Under the pieces are notes generated by a model. It made no database searches and was not told the DNA's origin. It saw nothing but the letters and a program-made list of their open reading frames with translations. Made by a program: the position numbers and the translations under genes. Shown piece after piece: positions 40,450 through 55,896 of a stretch of 64,000 nucleotides of DNA. The stretch lies in NCBI GenBank assembly GCA_023231475.1, contig JALJEE010002602.1, positions 1-64,000 of the forward strand, written 5' to 3'. Each line of letters starts with the position of its first letter. Position 1 is the stretch's first letter. Source of the stretch: Seison nebaliae (lineage: Eukaryota).

Positions 40450-43400
40450 TTGTCTTCTTAAAACTTATGCATTATTTGTGGCTTTTTGCCAAGCGGAATA
40501 AATAAAAATATCTGAAATTTTTTTTGGGAAGAAGTAATTGTTGATATTCTTTTGAAAATTCAAGATATAAAGAATTACGAAGGAAATCGTAGAGAAATCT
40601 TCAAGAAGGGGAAGGAAGAAGTGACGAAATGCAGTTTCCTTAGTAAATCCGACTATTGTTTACAAAATAACGAGAAAGATTTCCGCTCACTACTCGTCAT
40701 AAAAAAAAAACAAATAGAAAGAATGAAGAATGTCTACAAATGACAGGTAGAGAAGGAACTGAAAAATTGATTTCTTCATTTACATTTGTATTAATTTTTG
40801 GTAGGCGATGTATTTCTGTTGTTGGAATGAATGATACTTCAAATATCTCTTAAAAATCATCTGTTCAATTTAGAGAAATCAGATCGACGTAAATGGAATG
40901 ATCAATATATAATTAGGAAATGGCGATCTTTCGCCAATTGTAGTAAACGAAACACGATTGAGGAATGAGAACAATAAAATTCAGATCTGCTATTTTGTGA
41001 AAATGGCAAATGTTTCCCATCAACTAATACGCTTCTGCCATTTTTTCACGTATAATCACTTAAAAGGAATTTATGCTTGATGACAGTGTCATTTCCTGTT
41101 TTAACAATTCTTTATCCCAACATCGTTTATACGGTCTTATAATAAAATTCTAATTTTCTTCCAATTAATCATTCTCCTTTTCTTGAGCAAATTCTCTTTA
41201 TTTCCTCTTCATCTGATAGTGAAGGTTTCCTAGCTTTATTTTTTTGGCATAATCATCAATATATCTGCTTCATTTCATGATGAATAAGAAGAACCGTTTA
41301 TTTTCACATCTGGTAGATGTAAATAAGAAAAATTAATGGAAATTCGACCATTTCGTTCCGTCATATTCCTATGCTGACTTCGACCTCTTTCATTGTTGTC
41401 GATGATTGTAGAATAAATTAAGCTTAACTGAAAATAGGTAAAATATAAGAGAAAATTTTTTGGAATAATGAACTGTGAAATTTCTCCAGTTCAGGTGTCT
41501 GAAATTGACATCATCATTAACATCCAGTTGAATGCGAATGATTCCCATCCATTATTACCTCCTATTTTCTATTCATCGAATTTTCAGTCATCTGATTATT
41601 TTTCGATTATTTCCCAATTGAGAATTTGAAGAAGCGCTATCTCGTTTGATTGATGGAATAGCCACCGGTCAATTCAGATGGTCATTCCATTGTGATAATT
41701 GACGGAAAATTATCGATGTGTCTACAAGAGATATTTCCATTTCTCTTCATTTCTTTAAAACGATATTTTCCCTAAAATTTTTGGAATTTCTCGTTTAGGG
41801 AATTCCGGTGACATCAATTTAAGAATTTTTGTTCACAATCCATTCTCGAAATAATATTTCCAAACATATATAATTGCAATATTTTCAAGATAGAAATATC
41901 ATCATTCGATATTGATTAAATGAAATAAATTATTTCAAATAATAAATAAAACTTTGGGAAATAATCGTTTTCCTCTTTCAATAGAAATTGAGATATAGAT
42001 AAATTTTGTTGACATAAATCATGATGGTGGTGAGTCGAATGATTTAATTAATATTCTTTCCGCTTCTTTTAAGTTGAATTGAACCGAATCAATGTGGCAG
42101 ATGAAGTTGATCAATGTTTCCTTAATTAGAACGTTTAACTGAATGAAATGAATCGAAAAATCAAATATCGAGAGGAAGACTAAAAATTAAGAAAAATTGT
42201 GTAATGAACAAATTGTCGTGCGTGATTCGACATTCGTTGACTGGTCTGAATGCGGAGATTAAACAAATGAAAATATCGATTGTTCAATGATATCAGTTCC
42301 GTCAAAGAGTTTAATAAAGAAGTTAGAGAAAACGTTTAATGAAGATAGAGAATGAGCGAAATTTGAAAACTGAAATGTTTATTGACAGTCCGCTTGTCAT
42401 GAATATTCAATTCTTAACGGAAATACGAACGTTTATTCAATAATATGGAGACGGGGAAACGATTTAGCGAACAACGCAAAATCTTTTTCAAAAATTGAAT
42501 TCTGTTTATGTTATGTGTAAGATTCCATTGAATTTGTGAGGGAGGAAAATGGAGATGATAAAAGAAATTGTATTCTTCTGTTTCAAGACGAGTCGAAACG
42601 GGAAAAACTTCGGTAATAGCATGTTTATTCATTTTATGGGATATTGAATTGTCAATAATCAGTTGGTGAATATTGATTAATGACACGAGAGTTTAAGATA
42701 TGAAAAGTAGTATAAAAAAGAGGAAAATCCAGTTCCTCAATATGTTCATATTAAAAGTGAATTGTTCGTTTTATCAAACAAAGAGTATCCGGTTACATTT
42801 ACCGATTAATAATCCACTCAATATATGCACTCACTATTAATGGCACATGGTCATCAATCAATTTTACATTAGTCCACCACTTCCTTTGGCCAGTTGCTTG
42901 TTCAGCTCACTATTGCTCGTTAATACCTTCTCAACTGGCCACTCATAAATTTGTCGAATACTTTTTTTTCGTTCATTCATTAACCGCTTTTGTCATACCT
43001 TTTCATAGTGGCCAAATTAGACCGATATGTCTTCATCTTAATGATCGGATTATCATAATTGGAAATTAGTTTAATTCTCTAAAAGATCTTATCATATTCC
43101 CTTAAGTGTTTCCTAATAAACTGTTTCGGTCTTTTTCCGAGGCATCTACTTCAAAATATTTAAAATGATATGTCGTTCTCAGTTTGACTCATCAAAAGAT
43201 GGTAGTGATGTGGGAGAACGAAGAGTAATATCACCGAAGTTATCGAAGTGTCACATTCTTAAATTTTCACTTTTAACCTTCTATATTAAACACTAAATTC
43301 GGTTTCTCTTAATAGTACCTGGATTTATCTGAATATTAACCAGATATTGTTTATACGTAGTATAAAGTTTGTACTAATAATCCGATTAGATGGAGATTCA

Positions 43401-46400
43401 TTTTTAATCAGATATTAAAAACAAACGAAAATGAAAATTAGAATATATTATTGTAATCCATAAAATGTTTTCCGAACAAAAGACAGATAGAATCTGTAAG
43501 CAATTAATTGGTTTAGGTTAATTTCCAATAATTGGAATTAGTATCAATAAGAAGATGTCTATTATTTAAAATGTAATCCAATTGTAGTTCATGTACATTC
43601 AGGAGAGTTGTATGAGTGAGAAAGAAAGGAGCAAGATAAAATTTATGAAGATCCTTAAGGAAACATTTGCTTACTGGGAATATTGCGGAACTGTTAGCCA
43701 AAACGAAAAGGAATGTCTGCCTTTTCCAAGTAATTCGTCATATTCTTCTCCAGTCTTTTCTTCCTTTCAGTTTGATAAAAGGGCAGATACTACAAGAGAA
43801 TCATTGTAGACTGAAAATATAAATTATTAATGACATAACGTGATACAACAAATGAAAATAGAACGCGATGTTTTTCTTCGAAAATGTGTTTCCAAATGGA
43901 ATGTAGAATAAAAATAAAAAATATTGATGTTTGTAGCAAATGATGAATTATCATTCAAAAACATCATTAAAACGAGATGGACGATTGTTATTTGGGAATG
44001 GATGACTATTGCGCGAACGATAGTTAACTGAATCATATGGGAATGGTCTCAAAAAAACAACAACATTTCTCTTCGTTCGACTCTGTTCAATAAGAGACCG
44101 AACTAACGAATAGACATAAACAATATCAATAGAATATTAGCTGATATCATTAGGAGGAGTAACAATAGTTATGTTCTGATATGTTATCGTTTATTGAATA
44201 ATAATAATTTTTTGAGTAGAAATCGAAAATCAAATAAAATTTTATAACTAGTTGACCTAATTGATATTATTTGAAACTCTTCTTCTCCTTTTCGTTATTA
44301 TTCTTCATAATTTCGTGGTCACTCGTTCTTCCTATTTCTAATCAAGATAAGATGCGTTGTTATCTATTTATCTCTAACATTGTATCGATTGTATAGGTTC
44401 TTTATTTATTCTTGCTGATTTCACTACACCATCAACACCATATTGTCCGACAACAAACGATAGATGAGAAAGACGAACAACTGATTTTTTTTGTTACCGG
44501 TGTTCTTTACAACTCGCACAACATCCCTTACAACAAAAAACCATCCAAATGGTGATTATTTAACTCAAAAAATGGTAATTACCACACTCCTTTCCCCATT
44601 ATGGATATTTCCTCATTTAAAATCTTCTTCTCTTCCCATCAATTTCTTATAAATGGAAGGTTCCTGAATCTATCCTAACAACTAATCACACTTGATATCC
44701 CTAATCTATTTTGAAATGTGTTCAGATTATCAGAAAAACTGTCGATTATTGTTATGAAGAATTAGTGAAGGTTGAAAATGTAAGGATCATATGCGAAACA
44801 TAATAGATAATATTAATTATTAAATTCCTGGTCATTGGTCATTCTAACATTATTTGCCACTGATTAATATTGAAAACCGATTTTTAAACTTCCATAGAAG
44901 TGTATTCCATGATGAAAAATGGATTTGAGAAAATTATCGTTCTTGACGAAATCTCCATTTATTTTGGTTTGAAAAATGTTGGATGAAATGAACTCAGTGA
45001 ATCGTTTATTTAAGGAAAAAACGAAAATAGACAAAGAAAATGTTTATAATACTCTAAAAATTATTTTCGATTTTTTCCCCATTGCAACACTCATCCATTC
45101 TCGTTTACCTAAATAATATATACTGCGTTTCAAAACTTTAGAACCTATCGAAATACATGTATAGTGAATAAATTTAGATGATATTACGAAATCTTATTTA
45201 TCTGTTTTATCGTAACTTATTTATTTATTTCAATTCGTCATCCAAACTGAAGTAATTCAACTATGAATCAAATAAAATGAAATATTTTCCAAAATTAAAA
45301 ATTTTTCATCTGAATATTGAGAGTTTTGTGAAACGAAACCTTCATTCAGATTTAACAGCGGATGAAAATATAAAAATTTATAAGAGAATGAAGGAAAAAA
45401 TAGCTGAAATTATTCAGATGAATAACTAGAAAACTGTTTTCCAAAGGAATTTGTCAATATGACAACTAGGTAGTGAGGCATCAATAACGAGCAAGAAACA
45501 TGTGATTCTATATGAATTGCTATGAAAATCGTTTTCTTTAAGCATAATAACTTTCCTTCTATTTCTTCTTTGATGACATTGCAACTGCAGAAAATTTTCT
45601 TTCAAAAGATCCTTCATTCTTATTGAAATTGTAAAGTTACAATTATTGATGAAGAAGAAATAAGAAGAATGTTGAAGAAATTAAAACCATTGTTTCCATT
45701 GTAGTTTCCAACATAAAACTTATTTTCGGGGACAAATCGTAATTGTATGTAAAACTTATTGGGTGACAATTCATCAGTTTTATTTAAGACACTCCCTTTT
45801 CCCGTATCTATCACATGTACATATATAATGAAAATCGTTTAAAGTTGGAGAAGTGACCGAATCGTGAAAAATTAAATTTGAAAAAAATCCTAAAATTAGT
45901 ATCAATAGTTACGATAAAGAAATATTTTAAATTTAAACACATTTTTAAATAATCGTTGTGAAATGTCAATTTATTTTTTCACTCCAATTAATAGAAGTGA
46001 GAATGGCTCAATAACAATTGTACTCGACTTGTATTTGCTTAACTTCTATCGAATTAGCTATATCATAAAAATAAGGAGAACTTTCAGTAAATTTAAAGAA
46101 AAAAGTCCTGACTTCTGCTCAATAACAATTCCCTCAAACAATAACTATTACATTAATTACATATTATTTACTTCCTATTAACTCATCAGATGTAGCTATA
46201 TTATACTGTAACGAAAAACGATTCTTATTAACTTTATTTCATTTACCTTCGGAGTAGAATAGCAAGAAAGAAAAATTGGAGCAAAACTAATTCATTTATT
46301 AGCTGGGAGAAAATAAGAAGCGAAATGTTGAATATTGATTACACTGTATAAATAGTGAATAGTGGATTGGGATCGAGTTATATTGCAAATTTTTCCAATT

Positions 46401-49400
46401 AAATTCTCCTTCTCTCCTTTCATTTGATCGAGATCCTTTACCGTTACCATATTTCTAAGAAGATTCTCATCTCTAGTTAAATGTTTCTTCTTCTCACTAA
46501 TACTTTACTCGAACGAATGTTCTATTTTAGTGTAATTTCTTTTAGATTGAATGTAATGATAAATAATTGGAGACCAACCTTCATGAACGGCTAATCTATA
46601 TCATAGTAGAATGTTGAATAGAATTTCGTCTCTGTCGGATGAGTTGTGGGATTTATTTCTCACGAATCTCATCTACGTTTCTCCTTTGGGCGATGGATAA
46701 TGAACGAGAGAATTGGACAATGAAAGGGAAATTTAAGTAAAACAACAAAAAATTCGGTCAACAGACGACCACGATAATTTAAAAGGACAACAATTTATAG
46801 AATGAGATCTATCTAAGAAATTATCTTCTTTCTTATTGTTCTTACACGACGTTCCTCATTTATTTTGAGGTTCATCTCTAATAGAATTCGTTCTTTAAAA
46901 TATTCTCGTGTCTGTTCTCACATAATAAATCGATAGTCTCATCATTTCTTTTTTTCTCATTTCATTCATATAACATGAAATGCAAATAAATATTTTGTTT
47001 TACTTTTGAATTCGCGCTAAACAGTGACAATGTTCCTTCTTCGCTTAACAAGACTTCATTTTCTTCCTCCACTAAATACATCTTCCACTAACTGTTTCTC
47101 AAAGAGTAAACTATCTAACCTCATCGCCCTCTTACATTCAGACATGAAGCGAATGAATTGTTTGATTAATAGTTTTGGGTGATCTATTACAGAAATTTGC
47201 ATTTGTCTTTCAGTGGAGTTACTTGTTTATATTTATTTGTTTATCAGCAGTACTACCACTTACTTTCAAAAATTTAATGAATCGAATCGAATAAATTTCT
47301 TTCAATCATTCTAGATTATTTAATTATCATTCTTACTCAATTCGTCTTATATAACACCTTAATTATTCTTCACATATATTCCATCGTCTGTGAATGAATG
47401 CATCAAATATTGATGTGATCCATTCCATATACAATTATGGAAGTGGAAGAATAATTGGGAAAGTAACGTAGAAGAAAAATTGAAATTGATTCGTATAAAA
47501 AACACACTAAATTTCATGAATAGGTAACAATTACATCTCTCGTTACAGTCTCTCTGGAAATTCTCAGAGAGTTTCGTTCCATTAATCCACAATTAATTTC
47601 GATTGATAATATAACGATGCCTCCCAACATTCCTCCTAATGAATTGTCAGTTCGCAAATATTTCTCTTCTCCATTGACGGAGATCTCATCGTAAAAGAAA
47701 TTGTCAATCGTGAATGGAATCAGAAACATTCACGATGGCAATTAATTGCTAGAGGAATCCTCAGAAAAAAAAATGAATGGGGAAACTGTTGCTCCTTTTC
47801 ACATGTGTTGACAGATTGAAATATAATATAAGATATTCGATTTGCCAAAAATGATTTTTGATGAATTCGAATATTAAATTTCGCAATGAATATTTCTCGA
47901 AGTATCAGATATAAATTCAACAAAAGGTGATCATTGTTCTTATTGTTTGTTAACTTGATGAATGTTTATGATGAGTGAGAATTGATAAATCGTTTGATTA
48001 AGGTAAAACAAAAAAAATGGATTTAATGGAGGAAGTTGAGAGAAAATATTTGGAGAGACTTGAGAATTCTAATTTATTCAACAACAACGCTTCTTATCTG
48101 ATGCAACAAGTGATAAGTAGAAATAATTCAACTACTACATTTCAACTTCGTGATTTCTCCTTGCTCCTTATCCTCATTCATCTTAAAACGAATTTTTTAT
48201 CAAAATTTTAAACTAATTGCAAAAGAACTGTGTAAATATTGGTGGAAGAAAAAACGATCATTATGATTTCTCTGTTTAAATTTCAAATGGATTATGATTA
48301 AATAATTCACAACGATTTTCATTATTACAATATTATCAAACAAATTAAAGGTGAGACATTAACTTAACGGAAGTAACACTTTTCTGATCTTCCATCATAT
48401 TTTATGGAAATCATCTCTTCGAAATGTTGAGAACAGTTTTCCTAATTTGAACGACTAAATTAACTGAAATAATGAAGTTTTATTTTTTACATAAATTTCA
48501 TTAGATTATTCTCTGTAAAAGATTTTGATCATTTTTCTCCGATTAGATATCAGATTCGTAAAATTTTGAATGAATCATAGTAGAATAGAAAAAGAAATTT
48601 ATCGTTGCCCTGACAGTTCCTTACATTCAGATTTTTAATCAAATGGGAACAATTTTAACTTAAAAAATGAAGAAAATAATTGGAAATATCCGAAAAAACT
48701 AAATGGAGACAATTGATAGGAAAAGGTAAGGTTGGGAAGTGTTCCCCATACTATTTATTTTTTCAAATCGACTACAGGTGTTAATTGAATGACTATTAAT
48801 TCGTTCAATAGTAATCATTCTTCCTATTCGCTTCCACGCATTAGTAACATTGGATGACAAAATTTTATGTGAGTCAAATTATATAAATTATTTTATTCTC
48901 CAACCTCATCGAGAATCCAATGAGTCTACCTGAATGATTTAGTCATTCGAAGAATCAAAACAAACATCTGTGACGGGTTGTGGAAAGAATTTTTAGTTAC
49001 TCATCATCTCTATCATTCTCTCCGCATTCGTACGATATGATCAATGCGGAAGTGTGAAAGTTAGAAGAAGAAGATTGATTAGATACATTCAATTTATTCG
49101 TTTTTTTTTGAAACTTCTGAAGGATGTTTCTGAATAAACTATTTACTCTACTGTTACATCTACATCTCGAGAACGAAATATATTCCACAAAATTTACGAT
49201 TCATGTTAATCATTAAATGACAATATGATTATACGGAATTCCATAGACGAACTGATTTCTTATTTTAAGGTCAATGTGTGATCGATTTCTTATGTGTGAC
49301 ATGGAAGACTATGAATTACATAAATCTATGCAAAAGATCACACGGATTGTGAGCAGTTAAATTAGTTTACTATAATTGAATCTATGTTGACTCAAAATTA

Positions 49401-50492
49401 TCTGTAATCATGTTAATTCTATTCATTGGATCGTATAATATCATTTATACATATAGAAGAAATCATAAATGAAGAAAGAATAATTTAGGAAATCGTTTGA
49501 TAGAAGAATGAAATACAACCAACATACAATTCAATTTCTCCACCATAAAATTTATGGTAACCGCATTAAAATAAATAATCATGGATTCCTAATTGTTTTT
49601 AGGGATATTGAGAAAGATAATTCCAGTTCTGTGATAAGCAGCATGATATTTAGTTCGAACACATTCGTAAATCGGTACGAGAGGAAATTAGATCGGTGGC
49701 ATATATGGAAGTAGACAAATAAAGTCTAACAATATTAACTAAACTACTCGCTCGATTGGGTTAAACTATTTGAACTTCACTTCAAAAAATTACTTTAAAT
49801 TGCATTAATTCTAAAAGAGAACGGCAGAAAAGAAATTCGTTTGATATTTATAATCTACAACAGACCAGGTCATCAAATCGTTTAGTTGTTTATTATTATT
49901 GTATTAAATTTCTCCTAAATTCTTTTATTTTATAGTTATTAATTCTTATTAACTTATTATAAGATAATTTTAACTACTTCTTATTCCAATTCTTGCTAAC
50001 AATTAAGTAGTAGTAAGTCCATATTAACTGACTATCTATTATGACTATCTAACAAAAATTGTAAGTATATCTATTATAGTTTAGGTAATTGAAAAATATT
50101 GTAAAATGTAAATGTATATTCAAAATAGAAACCAGGATTATTTAATGGTTATTTTTAGGATTTAAATTATTAGGAAACAAATTATTTATTTAAATTTGTT
50201 GATGAATGTTATAAATTTTTTATATAAAATATGGTATTAACTTCTGATAGAAGAAATGTTTAGGTAAGAATCTATCACTATTTTATATTAGAAAGGATCT
50301 TTTATGACATAGAATTGGCGAATTTATGGAGAAATTCAATTTAGAGTACAAAAATTTGAAAGTAGATGAAATTGGAAGGAATTGTTTATTGAACAACGAA
50401 GCTCAGAATAGGACCTAGAAAATAATTGGACATAATATTTCCGTCAATATCCTTCCTGTCCATATTCTAAACGGATTGATATTCGAAGAAAA

Positions 50493-52535
50493 ATGAAAGA
50501 GAAAAACATCGAACTTTTGGAGTACTCGACCGTACGAATGGCGTACGAGCAGATCAGTCGGATATTCCGGCAGAATCTTCGTTTAACTGAAAAAAGAATC
50601 TCCAGTATCCAAAATTTAATGATGACCTTCCTAAAATATGTGATAGAAAATCAGAATAATTTGAAGAGGAGTCATTATTTGCATCTCATCGAATCCGTCA
50701 CCACATTAATCGAACGAGTTGAAGAGAATATTAGAGAAGTTCGATAATGTTATTTATCATTTTTTTCTTATTCTCTTTTTCAGTTCCAAAAATCAGCCAT
50801 AATCGAACAAGCTTCCATTACACAATTTTTTATCAGTAACGATTATATGATGGAGTTGTATAATGTTTATGATGAAATCGATTCACCGCCATTGCCTTCA
50901 CCTGTAACGGTGACGGCGATCATAAATAATCAATCGATAAAATTCAATAGTGAATTAGAAGAGAGAAGATTTGATAATTTGAGGAAAATTGAAAATGAAG
51001 AAAAATTTATGAAAAGCTTTTTTCATCTCGATCGATTGACGAATGAAAGAAATATTATGTTGTTTAGAAACACATTAAAAATGTACAAGAAAGGATGTAC
51101 AAGTTCTCGATCTGGCGAAGAAGACGAATTGATGAAAGAAGAAGAAGTGGACGAGACGGATGTTAGTGAATTATTGAGTGAGATGAAAGAGGCAGATATC
51201 TATAAACAATTTTATGAGAAAGAAACGAAATATGTAAACGAGAAATCGATAGACGATCGATCACAATTACCATATTATAGTATGACATTCTATCAGAAAA
51301 TTATTGACCTATCTAATCGGAATACTTTCAATTTAATCGAGAAACATATCAAATCGTCTCCTGATACACATGCCGCATTACATCTCAAATATGATTTGAC
51401 GGATAGGAAATCTTTTTTCATTTCTCTCAGAACTCACAAATTAATCATCGATTATCTTCTCTCACAACAATGCTATTTAACTGCTATGAAAATGATTGAT
51501 TTATTGGATATGAATGATCTGATACAAACCGATACATATGCCACCATCTCTACCATCGTCGATGCATTGGATGTTTACGATTTATCACCCGCTCTTAAAT
51601 GGTGTCAAGAAAATCGAACAAAATTAAAAAAGAGTTATGTTAGCACTTCAATATATTATTATTATTATAATTATATTTTTTCTATCAATAATTTTTAGAG
51701 TCAACTCGAATTTATTTTACGACAACAAGAAGTGATCGAATTTTTTAGAAACAACGAAATAAAAAATGCAATTTCTCATTCCAAAAAATATTTGTTGCCT
51801 CTCATCCAAAGTATTCAGGAGGAGAAGACTGATGTGGATTATGTGACGAGACGAATGCGAGACACTTACCAAAAAGAATTGGAATCCACTCTCTGTCTCA
51901 TGATCTTTAACAAAACGACAATTCCCAAATATTACAACGTTTAAATTCTCACAATTCTTTCTTGTAGAAATTGAAATTGAACAATTTTTAGAAATTAGTT
52001 TCGTTCGATAGATGGAATCTAATAAAGCAGTTGTTTCGCAATGACTATCGCTCTCTTTATCAATTCCCTAAAATGGATACGTTAATTGCTCTCCTGCAAA
52101 TGGGCATGAGTTCCATCAAAACGGTGTTAGTCCAATATTTCCATAAAATTTCCCGTTTGCAAATTTCTATTCAAATTTTCAGTTACTGTTCGAACGATGA
52201 TGGGAAAGTGGGACGAAATCATCTGTGTGCTACGTGTTCAACATTTCTCTATCCTCTTTCACAACGATTGCCGATGGCATGTTATTCCAATTCGAAATTG
52301 ATCGATATGATGACTGGTGAGAATATCGATGACAACAATTGGCCGATGATGTTACCGAACGGATATGTATTTGGAAAGAATGTTTATCAATTTACTTCTC
52401 TTTTAAATATTCTTTATAATTCTCATAATATAGACAATCGAAGGTGTAATGGATGAACGGAAAGGAACGATAAGATGTCCGAAGACGAACGAAGTGTTTA
52501 CGAGAGAGAAATGTTGTCGAGTTTATGTCGTTTGA
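50493..52535 (+). CDS. MAEA: MAEA/Gid9 subunit of the CTLH E3 ligase (exons 50493-50738, 50784-51638, 51699-51938, 51992-52125, 52183-52381, 52434-52535)
   Basis: LLEYSTVRMAYE, LisH (LIIDYLL), CTLH (PALKWCQENRTKLKK, LEFILRQQE), RW..L..FR.DY and a degenerate RING (PMMLPNGYVFG, IRCPKTNEVF). Confidence 0.92.
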
Positions 52536-52560
52536 ATTAATGGTATTAAGATGAATAAAT

Positions 52561-53371
52561 TTAATTTATATTTCGTCCATGTCTTACGTTAGTTGTTGTT
52601 AAAATGAAGAAAAAAGTGATGAGACCCATCATGAAAGTAGAAGAGTTAGTGAAGATTATTGGAAAGTTGACTCGACTCAACCATCCTAATAAAAGTGAAA
52701 TGGCTCCAAATAATTTGAGGAAAATGTTCGATATCGTATCTAATTGAGCTCCTCTTAATACTCTTCCTCCTTGTTGTTGTTGTTGTTGTTGCTGTTGTTG
52801 TTGAGCGTTTGGTGGTCCATTGTGATTATGACAGACGACACAATGCATCGTGAATACTTGTGGGAAATTGCAAGTGGCCAAAAGTTGAGAGTCGTCGGTA
52901 AATGATCGTCCACCAAAAATTAAACGAATTCTCGATCGTTCGTCTTGATTGAATTTCTCCTTTAAAATCTCACTGAAATAAAATGAAGTTTGATAGAAAA
53001 ATAAATATTTGAAAGAAAAGACTTTTTAAAATTCGAAACTTTTTAATATAGCCGATTGTTCTTGTTGATAAGATGTTAAATGACATGACAGATCCATCCA
53101 AGAATTTCATAGTAATTTCATGATCTACCACTGGCATATCCTCTGGCATGGTTGGAGCTGTCGGTTCATATGGTACATCATTTCGACTAGTATTCTGCTG
53201 TTGTTGTTGTTGTTGCTGTTCTCGACGTTGTTGATAATTCGAATAAGAAACGTTAATTAGAGAATATAAATGTTTGAGAATTATGAGAGAGAGAATGAGG
53301 AACATCGATCCAAATAAAATCATCTCATTTCCTATTCCTTCGATGAATTCCATAGTTTTGACAATGAACAA
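52561..53371 (-). CDS. TMUB: Transmembrane and ubiquitin-like domain protein (exons 53371 or 53353-53040, 52972-52561)
   Basis: IEGIGNE plus a TM helix, a UBL domain (ITMKFLDG...IRLIFGGR...MHC) and two C-terminal TM helices. Confidence 0.85.
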
Positions 53372-55529
53372 AATACGGATAATTAATTAGAATTTTGAAA
53401 TGGATTTTCAAAAAAAATCTTATGGATCAATTCCTCCAATTTCACTTAATTTATATGTAATTATTTCTCTTCAAACATCGAACTAAACATTTGAAAAGTT
53501 TGTTCTCGTACGTTATATTGATGTTGAATTAGACTATTAATTGTATTAAATTCGTCATTTTCACTTACATCACAAGACATTGCGTTGATTTGTGTTATAT
53601 TGTTATTGATATTTATATCATATTTCGATATCGAAAAGAATTCTTGTTTATCTCTTGAAAAAAGTGATAATCAATCCGATAAAATATCAATATTTCTATT
53701 TGACATTTCATTAACTTTTTCTATTAACTAAATTTATTATAGTTTTTGTTCAGCTAATAGTTATCCGGATTCCGGAATGATGCATGCTAACGAACTGCTT
53801 AATCAGTGATGAATCGAATCGAATAATAATCAGGTTAAGAATTAAGAGAATTGTTAATCATTGTTCCAAGTGGAATAAAGATAAGTTAATTATTATTCAA
53901 ATATAACTTTGACACATCAGAACAGAATGGATCAGAACTACAATAATAAATTATTCATTGTGAACGAATTCTTATTCAAATGAATCTAAAAAAAAGAATG
54001 AGCAATTGAACTGAAGAATATAAGAGAACTAAACAAATTCGGTGCTGCCTCAATTTAGAAGTAAACTGACTAAAAATTATGACATTTTCTTAATTTCACG
54101 ATAGTTCGAAGAGAATATAAATTCCTTTCATAGACTTTGACGAAGTAATGAGCATTAAAAATTCAATTCGAAGGTCTTTCTCTCATTTAGAGAAGCAATG
54201 TTCATCTAATAATCATAATAAGTGAATCATGTTGGTGTATATGGAAGTGTCGATCTGTCAAATTTGTATCTTGATTCATTGTCCATTCTAAAACAAAACG
54301 ATTTGGTAATTTAACACTTATTGAAATAAGTTACGATGTTGGGTGTATTTATTCTTCATTTTTCAAGAAGCTCGCTAGTCCAAATGTAGAAAATCGGGAT
54401 CGTAGCTAGGAAATATGAGAGATTTGACAGTGCAATATATCCTTCAAACAATTAACGACTTTTCCTAATCAATAAAATGAGAAAATTGTATTTGAGAATG
54501 TTGTACTTCAGTTAGAGAGACAAGTAGATATACGTTAATTGAATTATGTACGCTGTCGAGTTGTCATTGAATTGAATGAAACTTATCATTTATTAAGTGG
54601 ATAGATTGATAAAAGAAGACTCTATCTTGTGCTTTGCGAATAGGAGAAAATAGGTAGGCAAATAATTGAATGATTGGAACATCATTCTTAATGAGTTATT
54701 GACGAGTATTCCGATCATATTATTCGACTAATATTAATGGAATCAATATATAATATCGTCGTTAACAATTTAAATGGATTACCTTTTGTATGTTAGAGGA
54801 ATGTTAGAAATATATCAAAAATGAGGACGTCATTAATGGGAGAGATATTGACATGTGTAATCTACTTGTCATTAGAAGAAGAAACGGAAGATCACAAACG
54901 AATGTAATGAAACAGGTGAGACTAGTGAAAACGACACCATTTATTCAACCTCAAGGGTATTTTCAATAGAATTACCAAATTTCGGTAGAGAGCACTTTCC
55001 CCATCATCATACAGGAGAAGAATGCACAAGAGGTCTACTATTGGAGGGAATGCAAAACACAATTATATATTAACTAGCCTTGTTGACACATCGATTACGT
55101 GCATTTCTCTTTATTTCTGTCTTTTCTGTTCATGTAATCAGACGAAAATAGGAAGAAAATGAAACGAAAGTTTGCTCCATGTAGATCATACGCCTAAAGT
55201 CTTGCTGTGTGTGTTCGAATGCACAATATGTCCATTATGTTCGATAATTGTGTGCAATTTCTATCATTTGTTATTTGAACGACACGTATACGGGAAAGGA
55301 AAAATAAAGGTCGTTTTTTTTTGCTCACTCTTGTGCAAAAGGAAAAAGTTCATTTCTCGCAATAATTCCAAGTTAATAATTTGTAATGGATGTACGATTC
55401 TCGTTCGTGGCCCAATACTGTTCTTCTTACGGCCACATTCCACGTTCTTCTATTTGTGGCTGATTACAACAAATGAGCCCTGGTGGAAACATTTTGAAGA
55501 AAGAGTATAAAATTATGATTATCTCTAAA

Positions 55530-55566
55530 CATCTCTCTCGCTCTCTCGCTTTCTCTCTCTCTCTCT
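55530..55566 (+). repeat. Imperfect (CT)n microsatellite upstream of the TMEM272-like gene
   Basis: Directly visible. Confidence 0.7.
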
Positions 55567-55896
55567 TAACATTGCTTTCATTGAAAAACATCTAGTAACG
55601 AAGGATTAGAAGTAATTAAATGATTTATGCTACAACATTTCATATCTAATTGGATAGAACATCTCCAATTTATTATATGTAATCTTTTCCTTTAACCCAC
55701 CATTAACAACGAACTCATCTACATTAATCCTTTGAAATGTCGTTAGCAGAAAATCCAATTGTATGATATCATCATAATAGTATAAATATTCGTTTCATTC
55801 GAATAGATCCGAAAGACTAATAATCTAAAGAGTAAATTCTACGGAAATAAATTCATATTATTTTTCTTGCACAATAATGTAATTTAGCAATGCAAT

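Noticed and set aside
46006..46130. 14-bp direct repeat GCTCAATAACAATT
   Set aside because: Only two copies and no element structure between them.
49302..49345. miR-7-like start TGGAAGACTA
   Set aside because: There is no matching hairpin arm.
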